This document shows, in pieces, positions 23,888 to 35,500 of a DNA stretch of 64,000 bases. The stretch covers positions 65,410,001 to 65,474,000 of the forward strand of contig OZ024744.1 of the NCBI GenBank assembly GCA_964016885.1. The letters run 5' to 3'. The position numbers and the translations under genes were made by a program. Position 1 is the first letter of the stretch. Each line of letters begins with the position of its first letter. The notes beneath the pieces are model-generated. The model saw only the letters and a list, made by a program, of their open reading frames with translations, did not search any database and was not told the DNA's origin. The stretch is from Eledone cirrhosa (lineage: Eukaryota).

Positions 23888-24974
23888 TATTTGTAATGAA
23901 ATATGCCACCTATGTTTTTCAATTAATTATCTTTATAATCAACAATTTGAAAGGATTTAGTAAAATAACTACTTATATTACTAAACTGAAATTTAGTACA
24001 TAACTTTAAAATATTTTTCCATAACTTTTTAAAATTTAAACAGGAATACTTTAAAAGTTTGTCATAGTGTTAGCCTCTGATTTTGCTAGGCTTAATCTTT
24101 GAATGTGTGCTAGGTACAATTAACATTGAAAAACGAACAAGAAAATATTAAAACCCATGTGCAGAAAACTGCATGTATAATTTATACATGCATTATTAAC
24201 ATAAAAAAAGGGTAAGTCTGAATCTAGTTTAGTACACATCCAGGAATATGAAGACACCTTATGATGATCAGGGCTCAATCAGATTGAAGCATTATTAACA
24301 CCATTTTATGTCAATTTTCCACAATTGCATGAGGCTTAAACAGGTTATTCTGAGACTAGACAAGTCAGATGACTATGTCTAGTTCATCGATTCTATTTTT
24401 AGCTTGGTCTCTATAGTTGGATGCGCTTCTTAATACCAAACTTTTCATGGCATGTACCAGGTGCATTTTATCGTGACACCACCACTACCACCTGACAGGG
24501 TAGACTGGCTGCTTTTTATTGTGGCACCTGTACTACCACTTTAAAGAGCGGTCTGAATGTATTTTATCATGACACCAGCACTACCATTTTACTTTATTTG
24601 TGTGTTAATTATAAACAAAATTATAGGTTTATCAAAGCCTGGAACTTGCATTGAATGCACACAAAATAAACAACGACAATGTAGAGGTAAATATTTTTAT
24701 GTTTCATCTTGAAAATGCGAGTTTAATAGACCCGAAAAATTATAATGCTGTTAACATTTAGACAACAAGTGGTAATGCTCATGTCATGATAAATGCACCC
24801 ACTCTACTCTGTAAAGTGATAATGCTGATACCATGATAAAATGCACTTGGTACACCATGTGAAGTAGTTAATATTAGGAAGGCCATATAGTTGTAGAAAC
24901 TATGCCAGATTGAAACATATGAGCAAGATGTAGTTAGGGCAGTCATATGTAAAAACCTACCTCAGCAATATTAA

Positions 24975-25205
24975 CTCTTTTGTTAACATATTTCTAATGA
25001 AACACACGCCCTATGTATTTCAATTTATTTTGAAAATAAAAAAAATCAGAAGAATTTAATAAAATAACTAACTTTTTCCATTATCAAGCAAATATTTCAA
25101 GTATTATCTAACAAAAATTTCAGAAATAAAATTATGATGGTCAGTTTTAATATTAAATATACTAATTTGAAATGGACAGTTTCAGACAGTTTGGTATCAA
25201 AAGGA
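24975..25205. mobile_element. Possible second TTAA-flanked MITE family
   Basis: TTAA|CTCTTTTGTTA ... TATCAAAAGGA|TTAA. Internal sequence resembles 23890-24090. Confidence 0.5.
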
Positions 25206-25565
25206 TTAAAAATGTTCAAATTAGAAAACATAAATGGTAGAAAAATATGTACAAAAAAAATAATCTTTATGAACTAAAACTCACAAACTTCATATAATTA
25301 TGTGTAATATAGAAACAGTAAAATATTGTAAAGGAACCCAGATGAGATCGACTCCATGGTTACATACAGGTAGTTGACCAATTATTTAACTCGGCATTCA
25401 TTAAAGAGTTTATTAGAGATGATTTGGCAATATTAACCAGGTAAACTGATTAATAAGAGTTCCATTAGTGTGACAAATAGATGTAATAAAATGATATATG
25501 AAAGACCAAGGTGTAAAAGAGGAAGAACACCTAAATCTATGCAAAGTATATAAAATAGAACTTAC

Positions 25566-25881
25566 TTTGGCAACAAACTCCTTGTCTCTGGATCCCAAGT
25601 AATAAAGAGAAGCATTGAGAGCATTTGGATAGAGTAGGGAACGAAGTAACAATAAAATGATGGCCTTTTGGTTGATTGGCAGATTTCAGTGATGTGGTCT
25701 TATCACCAAACCAAACTTGATCTAATGCAGGTTCTGTATAAAACTTAGTGCTTTGGTTATCTGAAGCCAAAGAAACATTGCTATCTAGTTCGCTAGGTAA
25801 ATCAGTGTGTGATGCGGTTCGGGAGTCATTTATAGATGAAGCATCTTCACTTGATTCTTCTACATCACTTTCATTTGCAGA
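25566..25881 (-). CDS. MRCK: MRCK exon: acidic Ser-rich linker plus first half of C1 domain (SANESDVEESS...HHFIVTSFPTLSKCSQCFSLLLGIQRQGVCCQ)
   Basis: CAG acceptor and GTAAGT donor. 316 nt open, phase 0 to 1. The HxF...CxxC...RQG.xC motif matches MRCK C1 ([31 protein letters not shown]). Confidence 0.92.
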
Positions 25882-27085
25882 CTGAAAAAGAAGAATTGAA
25901 ATAAATTTTTTTTTAAAAAGACAAGAAAAATCAAATATATTCTGAAAAGAATTTAAAACTGAACATCTTTAAATTTAACAATTACCTACACAGGTAACAT
26001 CAACTGAATACACCTGATTACAAAACAGAACAAAAGTAATTAAACTTTCATTTATAAATTTTAGTAACATATTACATGTGACAGAAGCATTACTTAAGGG
26101 CTAAAAGAATGTGAAGATCATTAATAAATACCCACAGCTCCTGGGCTGCAACAGGCAAAAGAGCAAATTAATAAATAAGTTTATAGAGGAAGAGGGAGGA
26201 GGAGGACGCTCTTTGGTCATGAATGACCATGAGGTTACATCTGGAAGGTTCCTCTCCAAAGTGCAAGCCCTAGGCAAGATGTTTTGTGGAAGATCAACAG
26301 TCACCCAAGCATGCCAGTCTCCACTCTTCATGCCACTGATGTCATCCAAGGGAAAGGCAAAGGCTGAATCAGCTTGGCACCAGTAACATTGTAACCTTTT
26401 TTTCCAGCCGAATAGATTGGATCAATGTAAAATAAAGTGTCTTGCTCAAGGACACAATCTACCACCCATTCCAGGAATCAAACTCACGACCTTAAGTATT
26501 TATATGATGGAAGATTTATCCAGCTACCTTGTAGTATTTGTAGTGTTCAACTAACAATAACCAAACTCGAGCATTTTGGTTAACTACCGTCCCAGTCATC
26601 AGATACTAAATAAAATAAGTTGTTTTGTGGAGTTTATATTTTTTGCAAATTTCATGTAAAGATACGTTCAAGACATTAAAAATCAATATGTCAATTGTTT
26701 TTTGACATTGGTAAAATAATTAGCAAATAAAGTTCAGGAACAAATAAAATGAAGTAAAAATATTTCCTAGAAGACAACTGAATGTCAATTAAAATTTTAT
26801 AGATCCACATTGTAAACAGTTGAACTAATGAGATGCATGTTGCAAACCAACAATGGTCACTGTTTACAAACTGGGATATAAAATAAATAAATTGAAATAA
26901 CAGTTTCACTTGCCTACTAAACACAAGACCAATTTTTTACTGGTTGACCAAGTCCATTATCATTTGTGACATTTCATCACTTTAACAATAATAACCCATG
27001 CTAGCGTGGAAGATAGACGTTAAACGATGATGATCATCATCATCATCACGATATCATAAATAGCAATATAAGTATGATCTTTTAA

Positions 27086-27340
27086 TCCTTTAGCATTTAA
27101 ACTGGTTATATCTGGCCAGAATTCTCTCACCTCTTTCTGTTTTAACCAGCTCTAACCAGCCACTCATACTGATATTAAGGTATTGTTTGCAAAATAAATT
27201 ATATTAAAATCTCAGATTCGATATTATGTGAGGTAAAGCCTCTGAAAAAACAATAGTAAATATAGAGAAATCATCATCATTATCATTAAACGTCTATCTT
27301 TCATGCTAGCATGGGTTAGACAATTGTAACTGCTAAAGGG
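27086..27340. mobile_element. piggyBac-like MITE, inverted relative to 138-358, carrying a ~55-bp RTE tail insertion
   Basis: TTAA|TCCTTTAGCATTTAAA ... TGCTAAAGGG, with a (CAT)n RTE tail at about 27271-27325. Confidence 0.78.
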
Positions 27341-27469
27341 TAAATTTAGGTAAAATTTCATTTTATGGGAGTGGCTCTTCTACTTGAGCCCACCACCACT
27401 CATGGATAAATTTCTTTCCACATAATTATGGGGAAAGAAATTTGTTAGTAGTTATTATTAACAGTAATA

Positions 27470-27668
27470 TCAGTAGAGCATCAGACAACATGCTTTGCAG
27501 CATAGAGTTACGTCCATTTATGTTCGGAGTTCAAATCCCCTCAAGATTAGCTTTGCATATTTCATCCTTACGGGGGTCGATAAAATAAAATACCAGTATC
27601 ACACTGGGGTCAATTTAATCAAATTTCCCGTCCCCTCAAATTGTTGGCCTTGTGCCTAAATCAGAAAC
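27470..27668 (+). mobile_element. Second tRNA-derived SINE family (central CATCCTT..GGGGTCGATAAAATAA.TACCAG domain, Meta-domain-like from memory)
   Basis: GAGTTCAAATCCC B box and GGCCTTGTGCCTAAA tail. Related copies at about 1880-1945, 9150-9262, 13480-13680(-), and 13715-13789 plus 17937-17980(-), which is split by the LTR element. Confidence 0.7.
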
Positions 27669-27939
27669 TTATCCTCTAAATTCTTATGAATCATTTTGAA
27701 CCAGGTCATTTTTTTAAAACGTCCTTTATACTTTGGGTTGTGGGGATAGTAAGTTGATTTATATCTCGGGAATACATGTACATTACAGCAACAACAAAAA
27801 TAACAATAACCAATGAAAACAATAACAGTAACAATGTCCTACACCATCTGTTGAACAATTTATCTTACGAGTTAATAGAGTATTTTAAATATTTAAAAAA
27901 TAAAAATAATTTCACAGGTGTATGTTGTATTTGGTGATA

Positions 27940-28850
27940 TCATCATCATCGATTAACGTCTATCTTCCATGCTAGCATAGGTTAGACGGTTTTGTCCCAT
28001 TTAGAGGCAAGTTGTGTCGGGTGACCATGTCTCACTCGTATAGGAGTGTTTCTGGTTGGTTTTCTACAGCTAGATGCCCTCCCAATGCCAACCCCATAGA
28101 CAGTGTGTGCTGGGTGCTTTTTGCCATGTCTTTTACATGTCCAATTTACAGTGTGGGCTGGTTTTCTATGGCTGGATGCCCTTCCTAACGCCAACCACAT
28201 TGACAGTGTGTGCTGGGTGCTTTTTGCCATCCACTTTACAGCACTTAGCCTCAGATACTCAGAAGAAAGAAGGATAGAAAAGTTATGAAAGGTTACTAAA
28301 TGTGAAGAATGTGTTGGAAGAAGAGATACTGCCTCCAGTAGCCCCAGAGGGGTCAGCTATTGAGACTGAAAGTTATATGATTAAAGAGACCAGTAAGGAT
28401 ATGAAGAGAGGAAAAACCATTGGGCTGTCTGTGAGCTAGTCACTCACATAGTCAACCAGGTAATACAAGACAGAGTAATACCCAATGATGTAGCAACATC
28501 ATTATTATTAAGAAGGTACCTTAGAAGTAGTTGATATCTTTTGTTATCTAGGTGAGCAAGTTAGCAGTAGAAAAGGTTGGTTTGAAAAGGTGAACCAAGT
28601 TCAGGGAGTATCTCTGCTGACAACAAAAGGATTCTCTCTTCGAGTGAAAGCTAGATCATATGATACCTGCATACACAGTGCAATGCTGCATGGTAGTAAG
28701 ACATGGGCACTAAATGAAAATAATTTGCGAAAGCTAGGATGTGTCATGTCAATATGCATGAACAATGAAGCAAAGATGAGTTGAAAGAAAAACTAGGTAT
28801 AAGAGGAATCATATATAGTGTAAAGGATAGAAGACCACTTTGGCAAGGAA
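27940..28850. mobile_element. RTE 3' UTR (minus, 27940-28240) abutting a decayed RTE ORF fragment (plus, 28250-28850)
   Basis: (CAT)n tail with a duplicated 3' UTR module, then KGFSLRVKARSYDTCIHSAMLHGSKTW. Confidence 0.75.
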
Positions 28851-30139
28851 TATCAAGTATGTGTCATAATTTATATTAATATCAATGTGAACAAATACAA
28901 AATGAAGTTAGTAGTATAAAAATGATTTGTCTAAATGAATAAAGCTTTGAGAACAAACTCAACAAATTAATTTCAAACCTACAGGATGATTTTAAGAGTC
29001 ATACCTAATAAAATATAGGATGACTTCAAAAGTCATTATCCTACTTAGGTTATAAATTGTGACCTATAAATATTTCAAAGGGTTGAAATAATAATAAAAA
29101 TTATGTAACAAAAATAATATGTAACAAATATTAAAAATGTATAAATTTTTTTTTTTTTGTTGCTCATGTGTGTTGAAGGATAATCGTTTCTGATGTGATT
29201 CATAGCATCTGATTGTCCTAAAAGATCAAGTTAAGAATAAAATAAATGTAAATCAATATGCTACATAATAAAAATAAAATATTTGTCAATTTATTTTTTT
29301 TTAAATTGATTGTTTTATATTTATCTGTCTTGAACTGTTCTAGATGATCCATAAATGGTTCATAACTAACCTAAACCACTTGCTTAGCCATTTTAGAGGC
29401 AAATTATCTTTAGAAATATGTTGCTAAATATCTATTCAAAACCCACAATATGCTTGATTAAAAATTCCCATCAACATTTCATTGTGTTCTTAGCAAGATG
29501 GCGAGTTCAGTTTGCCTAAATCAACTAAAAAAAAAAATTTTTTTTAAAGACATCACATTTCACTGCACAACTAATTCTTTAATTTATCCATGCTAGAATG
29601 ACAAAAAAGGAAGAAAAAAAGTCCCAAAACAGACAAATTTTATAATAATTTTAAATACACCAATTATTCTTACAATATATAGTGGTTGTGTAGGTGTCAC
29701 ATCAAAAAGCTCCCAGCACCACACTGTAAATGTGGTTGGCGTTAGGAAGGGAATCCAGCTGTAGAAATCTAGCAGAAACAGTTTTGTGTGAGCAAGACAT
29801 GGTCACCTCACCCAACGTGCCTTGCCTGAAATGGGACAACCTGTCTAACCCATGCTAGCATGGAAAGTAGACATTAAACAATGATGATGATTATATATTG
29901 TAAAAATTACAAGCTAATTTCAAAATTAGCTAGTCCACCTTGAAGTTGAATGTCATTTTAACGATACTTATTTGTCACCAATTTTCTTTTATATTTGACA
30001 CATACACTGACAAATCACACTCATACACAATGTTTATACAGCCAGACACAGACACCATCACAAACTGTTTGGACCTTCCCACCTATATATACCATGATAC
30101 ACACAAAGAATTGATAACAACACATTCACATGTCCCCTT

Positions 30140-31762
30140 TATTCTATTTTTTTTATTTTTTTAAATCTTTCTACTTATAATCCCCCGACATGTTGAACAA
30201 ACAGGTGACGATTGGTCACCGGCACAGCATTTGTCTCACAGTGACAGAAATTGCATTTCCATAAATGAACATTTTCAAGCCCTACCAACTTAGTATAACA
30301 GCATCTCGCTGTATATAGACATGTTGCTTATGTCCTTGGCTGCATATACATACATGATTGAGTCAGTCATGAGTTATTGCTGTTTATGTGTAGATGTGTT
30401 TCTAACCTCTGATGTTTGCGATGCAGGAAAATATCAAACAACACTACATGATCAAATTTTGTGTGAAATTCAACAAATCTAACACAGAAACATATAGCTC
30501 AAGCTTATGGGGATGTCACTATCAAGAAGTAAGGTTTTCAAAGATTTCAAAGAGGACCAAGAAAATGTTGAAAATGAACCTCATTCTTGAAGGCCAATAC
30601 ATCAACCAATGAATCAAACAAGGAAGTGGTGCAAGTGGTGATGGCGAAAGATCACCAATTAAGTGTTAGGATGATTCATCATCACTGTTTTACATCCATT
30701 CTTCCATGCTAGCATGGGTTAAACGAGTTGTCCTGTTGTGGACAATGCCAAGTCAGGTGACCTTGTCTTGCTCATACAGAACTGATTTGGGCTTGATTTC
30801 TACAGTTGGATACCCTTCCTAACATCAACCCCATTTACAGTGAGTACTGGGTGTTTTTTACCGTGGCGCCTACACGACCACTTTACAGTGGGAAGGGAGT
30901 GGGGCATACTGTCTATATGATTCAGCTTGTACCCATAGGAACTCGGGTCTTCTGTATTACTGCGTAATGCCAGAGGTCTCGGTCCTGTGTCATCGCCTTT
31001 GAGAGGTGCAATTGGGCAAGATCAGTTTTTATCACCTCATTCCAGGTCTTCTTGGGTCTCTCCACTTTTAGTGTTCTGCATCTTTTTATGGAGCTGTCAT
31101 CCTTCATACGCATCACAAAATTGAGCCAAATTTCTCAGATAAAGTAATCATAGGAGATGAATCATGGGTGTTCAAGTAAGATTCATAAACAAAGGAGCAA
31201 AATGAGGAGTGGCACACAATTCTCATCCGAAGAAAGCACACATGAGCAAGTTCAGGGTGAAAATTATTTTCTCTGATAACCGTGGTATTGTTCACAAAGA
31301 ATTTTTACTTCATTTAATTACACCTTCTACAAAGATGTCTTGGAATGACTTCAAATATGGGTCCAGTAAATTTGAAAGGACATTGTAGGAGATTGGGTAC
31401 TGCGCCATGATAACACACCTGCTCTCACAGAACTTTCAATCTGCCAAAGAAAAACAGTCCCACTCTGCCACATCCTCTATACAGCCCAGATCTAGCTCTG
31501 TGATTTCTAACTATTTTCTAAGTTGAAGTCAAAGTTGAAGGGTCACCATTTTGGGACTGAAAAATGTACAAAAGGTTGTAACCGACAAGCTGACACTCAC
31601 AGCAAATGACTTCCAGTACTGCTAAGATCAATGGAAAAAACATTGAAACAACTGTGTGACTTCCTAAGAGTTGTATTTTGAAGGAGATAATTTGTAATTT
31701 CATGTACATTTAGTATATATTTAAATTAAACATCAATAGCCTAACTCTTGGGACAACCCTCA
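30140..31762 (+). mobile_element. Decayed mariner (Tc1/mariner) transposon interrupted by an RTE fragment
   Basis: HTH start IKFCVKFNKSNTET, catalytic motifs IIGDESWV, HDNTPA and YSPDLA, and a terminal GGGACAACCCTC TIR-like end. Left end unclear. Confidence 0.85.
30676..31115 (-). mobile_element. RTE 3' end nested in the mariner remnant
   Basis: RPKKTWNEVIKTDL...DRDLWHY, 3' UTR and (GAT)n tail. Confidence 0.85.
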
Positions 31763-31769
31763 CACACAC

Positions 31770-32490
31770 AATGTATACAATGTAAATCTTGGGTACACAA
31801 GAGATGTAGTAGGATAATGAGTAGACTAACAGGAAAGATCGCCAGTGATATAAACCTCTTCAAGTCACAGGAAGAGTCCGTAGAGGTGGTTGATAGCTTC
31901 TATCTAGCTAACTGAATTAGCAGCGGAGGAGGATGCTCAGAAAGCATAATAACTAGAATAAGGATGGATGGAAGTTCAGAGAGCTACTCTCACTGATGAC
32001 ACCAAAAGGTTTCTCCCTACATATAAAAGGACGATATATGACACCTGTGTGCAAAGTGTGACGCTACATGAAAGTGAAACATGGGCTGTGACTGCAGAAG
32101 ACATGCGTAAACTGGAGAGAAATGAAGCAGCCATGCTTCATTGGATGTGCAATGTAAACGTGAGAGAAAGGCAGAGCTTGGATGAAGTGAGGGAGAAACT
32201 GGGTTTAAGAAGAATCTGATGTGGTGTGCAGCAGAGAAGACTGCATTGGTATGGACATGTGATGCACATGGAAGATGACCGATGGGTGAAGAAGTACCAG
32301 TGGAAGGAAGTCGTAGTAGAAGCAAACCAAGAAAGACCTGAGCAGAGGTGGTGACAGCTGACCTCAAATCAGTGAGACTCACAGAAGAGATGAAGGAACA
32401 CGACAAGTGGAGAGATGATGTGCTGGGAAAGACCCATCCAACCCATGTAAATGTGGAAAAACGGGCATAAAAACAATCGTAATGATGATG
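31770..32490 (+). mobile_element. Decayed 5'-truncated RTE LINE
   Basis: CIQCKSWVHKRCS, LHESETW, LERNEA and LHWYGHVM motifs, ending in a (GAT)n tail about 35 nt from the MRCK donor at 32527. Confidence 0.87.
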
Positions 32491-32527
32491 ATAATATAAC
32501 ATATAGAATACATAAAGACACACTTAC

Positions 32528-32580
32528 TTCAAACTGCATTGAGTAGAATATTTGTTGTTGACGTTCTTGAAAATTTGAAA
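32528..32580 (-). CDS. MRCK: MRCK exon (coiled-coil/C1 linker): (x)SNFQERQQQIFYSMQFE
   Basis: Pyrimidine tract plus TAG acceptor at 32581-32583 and GTAAGT donor. 53 nt, phase 1 to 0, compatible with the next exon. Ends in QFE like the vertebrate MRCK linker (..DQFE). Confidence 0.75.
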
Positions 32581-35500
32581 CTAAAAATATAGAGAAAAAA
32601 TACAAATTAATCTTTCAATTCAAGAAGGTATCTATGTAAACTTTTTTTATTGTATATGACTTGGTTTGCAAGGGAAGACCCATGGCCCTACATTCTTTTT
32701 AATTATTATATACGGCTTGGTTTGGAAGGGAAGACCAATGTCCATGGCCCTACATTCTTTTTTATTATTATATATGGATTGGTTTGGAAAGAAAGACCAA
32801 TGTCCATGGCCCTACATTCTTTTGTATTATTATATGTGGATTGGTTTAGAAAGAAAGACTAATGTCCATGGCCCAACATTCTTTTATATTATTATATATG
32901 GATTGGTTTGGAAGGGAAGACCAATGTCCATGGTCCTACATTCTTTTATATTATTATATATGGATTGGTTTGGAAAGGAAGACCAATGTCCATGGCCCTA
33001 CATTCTTTTATATTATTATATATGGATTGGTTTGGAAAGGAAGACCAATGTCCATGGCCCTACATTCTTTTTTATTATAATATATGCATTGGTTTGGTAG
33101 GGAAGACCAATGTCCATGGCCCAACATTCTTTTATATTATTATATATGGATTGGTTTGGAAAGGAAGACCAATGTCCATGGTCCTACATTCTTTTATACT
33201 ATTATATATGGATTGGTTTGGAAGGGAGAGCAATGTCCATGGCCCTACATTCTTTTATATTATAATATATGGATTGGTTTGGAAAGGAAGACCAATGTCC
33301 ATGGCCCTACATTCTTTTTTATTATTATATATGGATTGGTTTGGAAGGGAAGACCAATGTCCATGGCCCTACATTCTTTTATACTATTATATATGGATTG
33401 GTTTGGAAAGGAAGACCAATGTCCATGGCCCTACATTCTTTTATACTATTATATATGGATTGGTTTGGAAAGGAAGACCAATGTCCATGGCCCTACATTC
33501 TTTTATACTATTATATATGGATTGGTTTGGAAAGGAAGACCAATGTCCATGGCCCTACATTCTTTTATACTATTATATATGGATTGGTTTGGAAGGGAAG
33601 ACCAATGTCCATGGCCCTACATTCTTTTATATTATTATATATGGATTGGTTTGGAAAGGAAGACCAATGTCCATGGCCCTACATTCTTTTATATTATTAT
33701 ATATGGATTGGTTTGGAAGGGAAGTCCAATGTCCATGGCCCTACATTCTATTATATTATTATATATGGATTGGTTTGGAAAGGAAGACCAATGTCCATGG
33801 CCCTACATTCTTTTTTATTATAATATATGGATTGGTTTGGAAGGGAAGACCAATGTCCATGGCCCAACATTCTTTTGTATTATTATATATGGATTGGTTT
33901 GGAAAGAAAGACCAATGTCCATGGCCCTACATTCTTTTTTATTATAATATATGGATTGGTCTGGTAGGGAAGACCAATGTCCATGGCCCAACATTCTTTT
34001 GTATTATTATATATGGATTGGTTTGGAAAGGAAAACCAATGTCCATGGCCCTACATTCTTTTATATTATTATATATGGATTGGTTTGGAAAGGAAGACCA
34101 ATGTCCATGGCCCTACATTATTTTATATTATTATATATGGATTGGTTTGGAAAGGAAGACCAATGTCCATGGCCCAACATTCTTTTATATTATTATATAT
34201 GGATTGGTTTGGAAAGGAAGACCAATGTCCATGGCCCTACATTCTTTTATACTATTATATATGGATTGGTTTGGAAGGGAAGACAAATGTCCATGGCCCT
34301 ACATTCTTTTATATTATTATATATGGATTGGTCTGGAAAGGAAGACCAATGTCCATGGCCCTACATTCTTTTATATTATTATATATGGATTGGTTTGGAA
34401 GGGAGAGCAATGTCCATGGCCCTACATTCTTTTATACTATTATATATGGATTGGTTTAGAAGGGAGAGCAATGTCCATGGCCCTACATTCTTTTATACTA
34501 TTATATATGGATTGGTTTGGAAGGGAAGACCAATGTCCATGGCCCTACATTCTTTTATATTATTATATATGGATTGGTTTGGAAAGGAAGACCAATGTCC
34601 ATGGCCCTACATTCTTTTTTATTATAATATATGGATTGGTTTGGTAGGGAAGACCAATGTCCATGGCCCAACATTCTTTTGTATTATTATATATGGATTG
34701 GTTTGGAAGGGAGAGCAATGTCCATGGCCCTACATTCTTTTATACTATTATATATATGGATTGGTTTGGAAGGGAAGACCAATGTCCATGGCCCAACTTT
34801 CTTTTATATTATTATATATGGATTGGTCTGGAAAGAAAGACCAATGTCCATGGCCCAACATTCTTTTATATTATTATATATGGATTGGTTTGGAAAGAAG
34901 ACCAATGTCCATGGCCCTACATTCTTTTATATTATTATATATGGATTGGTTTGGAAGGGAAGACCAATGTCCATGGCCCTACATTCTTTTATATTATTAT
35001 ATATGGATTGGTTTGGAAAGGAAGACCAATGTCCATGGCCCTACATTCTTTTATATTATTATATATGGATTGGTTTGGAAAGGAAGACCAATGTCCATGG
35101 CCCTACATTCTTTTTTATTATAATATATGGATTGGTTTGGTAGGGAAGACCAATGTCCATGGCCCAACATTCTTTTATATTATTATATATGGATTGGTTT
35201 GGAAAGGAAGACCAATGTCCATGGCCCTACATTCTTTTATACTATTATATATGGATTGGTTTGGAAGGGAAGACCAATGTCCATGGCCCTACATTCTTTT
35301 ATACTATTATATATGGATTGGTTTGGAAAGGAAGACCAATGTCCATGGCCCTACATTCTTTTATACTATTATATATGGATTGGTTTGGAAAGGAAGACCA
35401 ATGTCCATGGCCCTACATTCTTTTATACTATTATATATGGATTGGTTTGGAAGGGAAGACCAATGTCCATGGCCCTACATTCTTTTATACTATTATATAT

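Larger units (their letters stand above)
2170..29890. repeat. Dispersed short RTE 3'-UTR/(GAT)n tail copies (approx. 2170-2352+, 4340-4535+, 6040-6345+, 8120-8232-, 12577-12803-, 13030-13148+, 22280-22612+, 24300-24590-, 24780-24960+, 29680-29890+)
   Basis: Shared motifs GTTAGGAAGGGCATCCAGCTGTAGAAA, GAGCAAGACA and CTAACCCATGCTAGCRTGGAA..GGACGTTAAA(GAT)n. The interval is the span of the copies, not one element. Confidence 0.8.

Noticed and set aside
26555-26610. Hammerhead-like CTGATGA...CCAAAA on the minus strand
   Set aside because: The GAAA core is missing and stems I and III do not pair convincingly. At best a decayed remnant.
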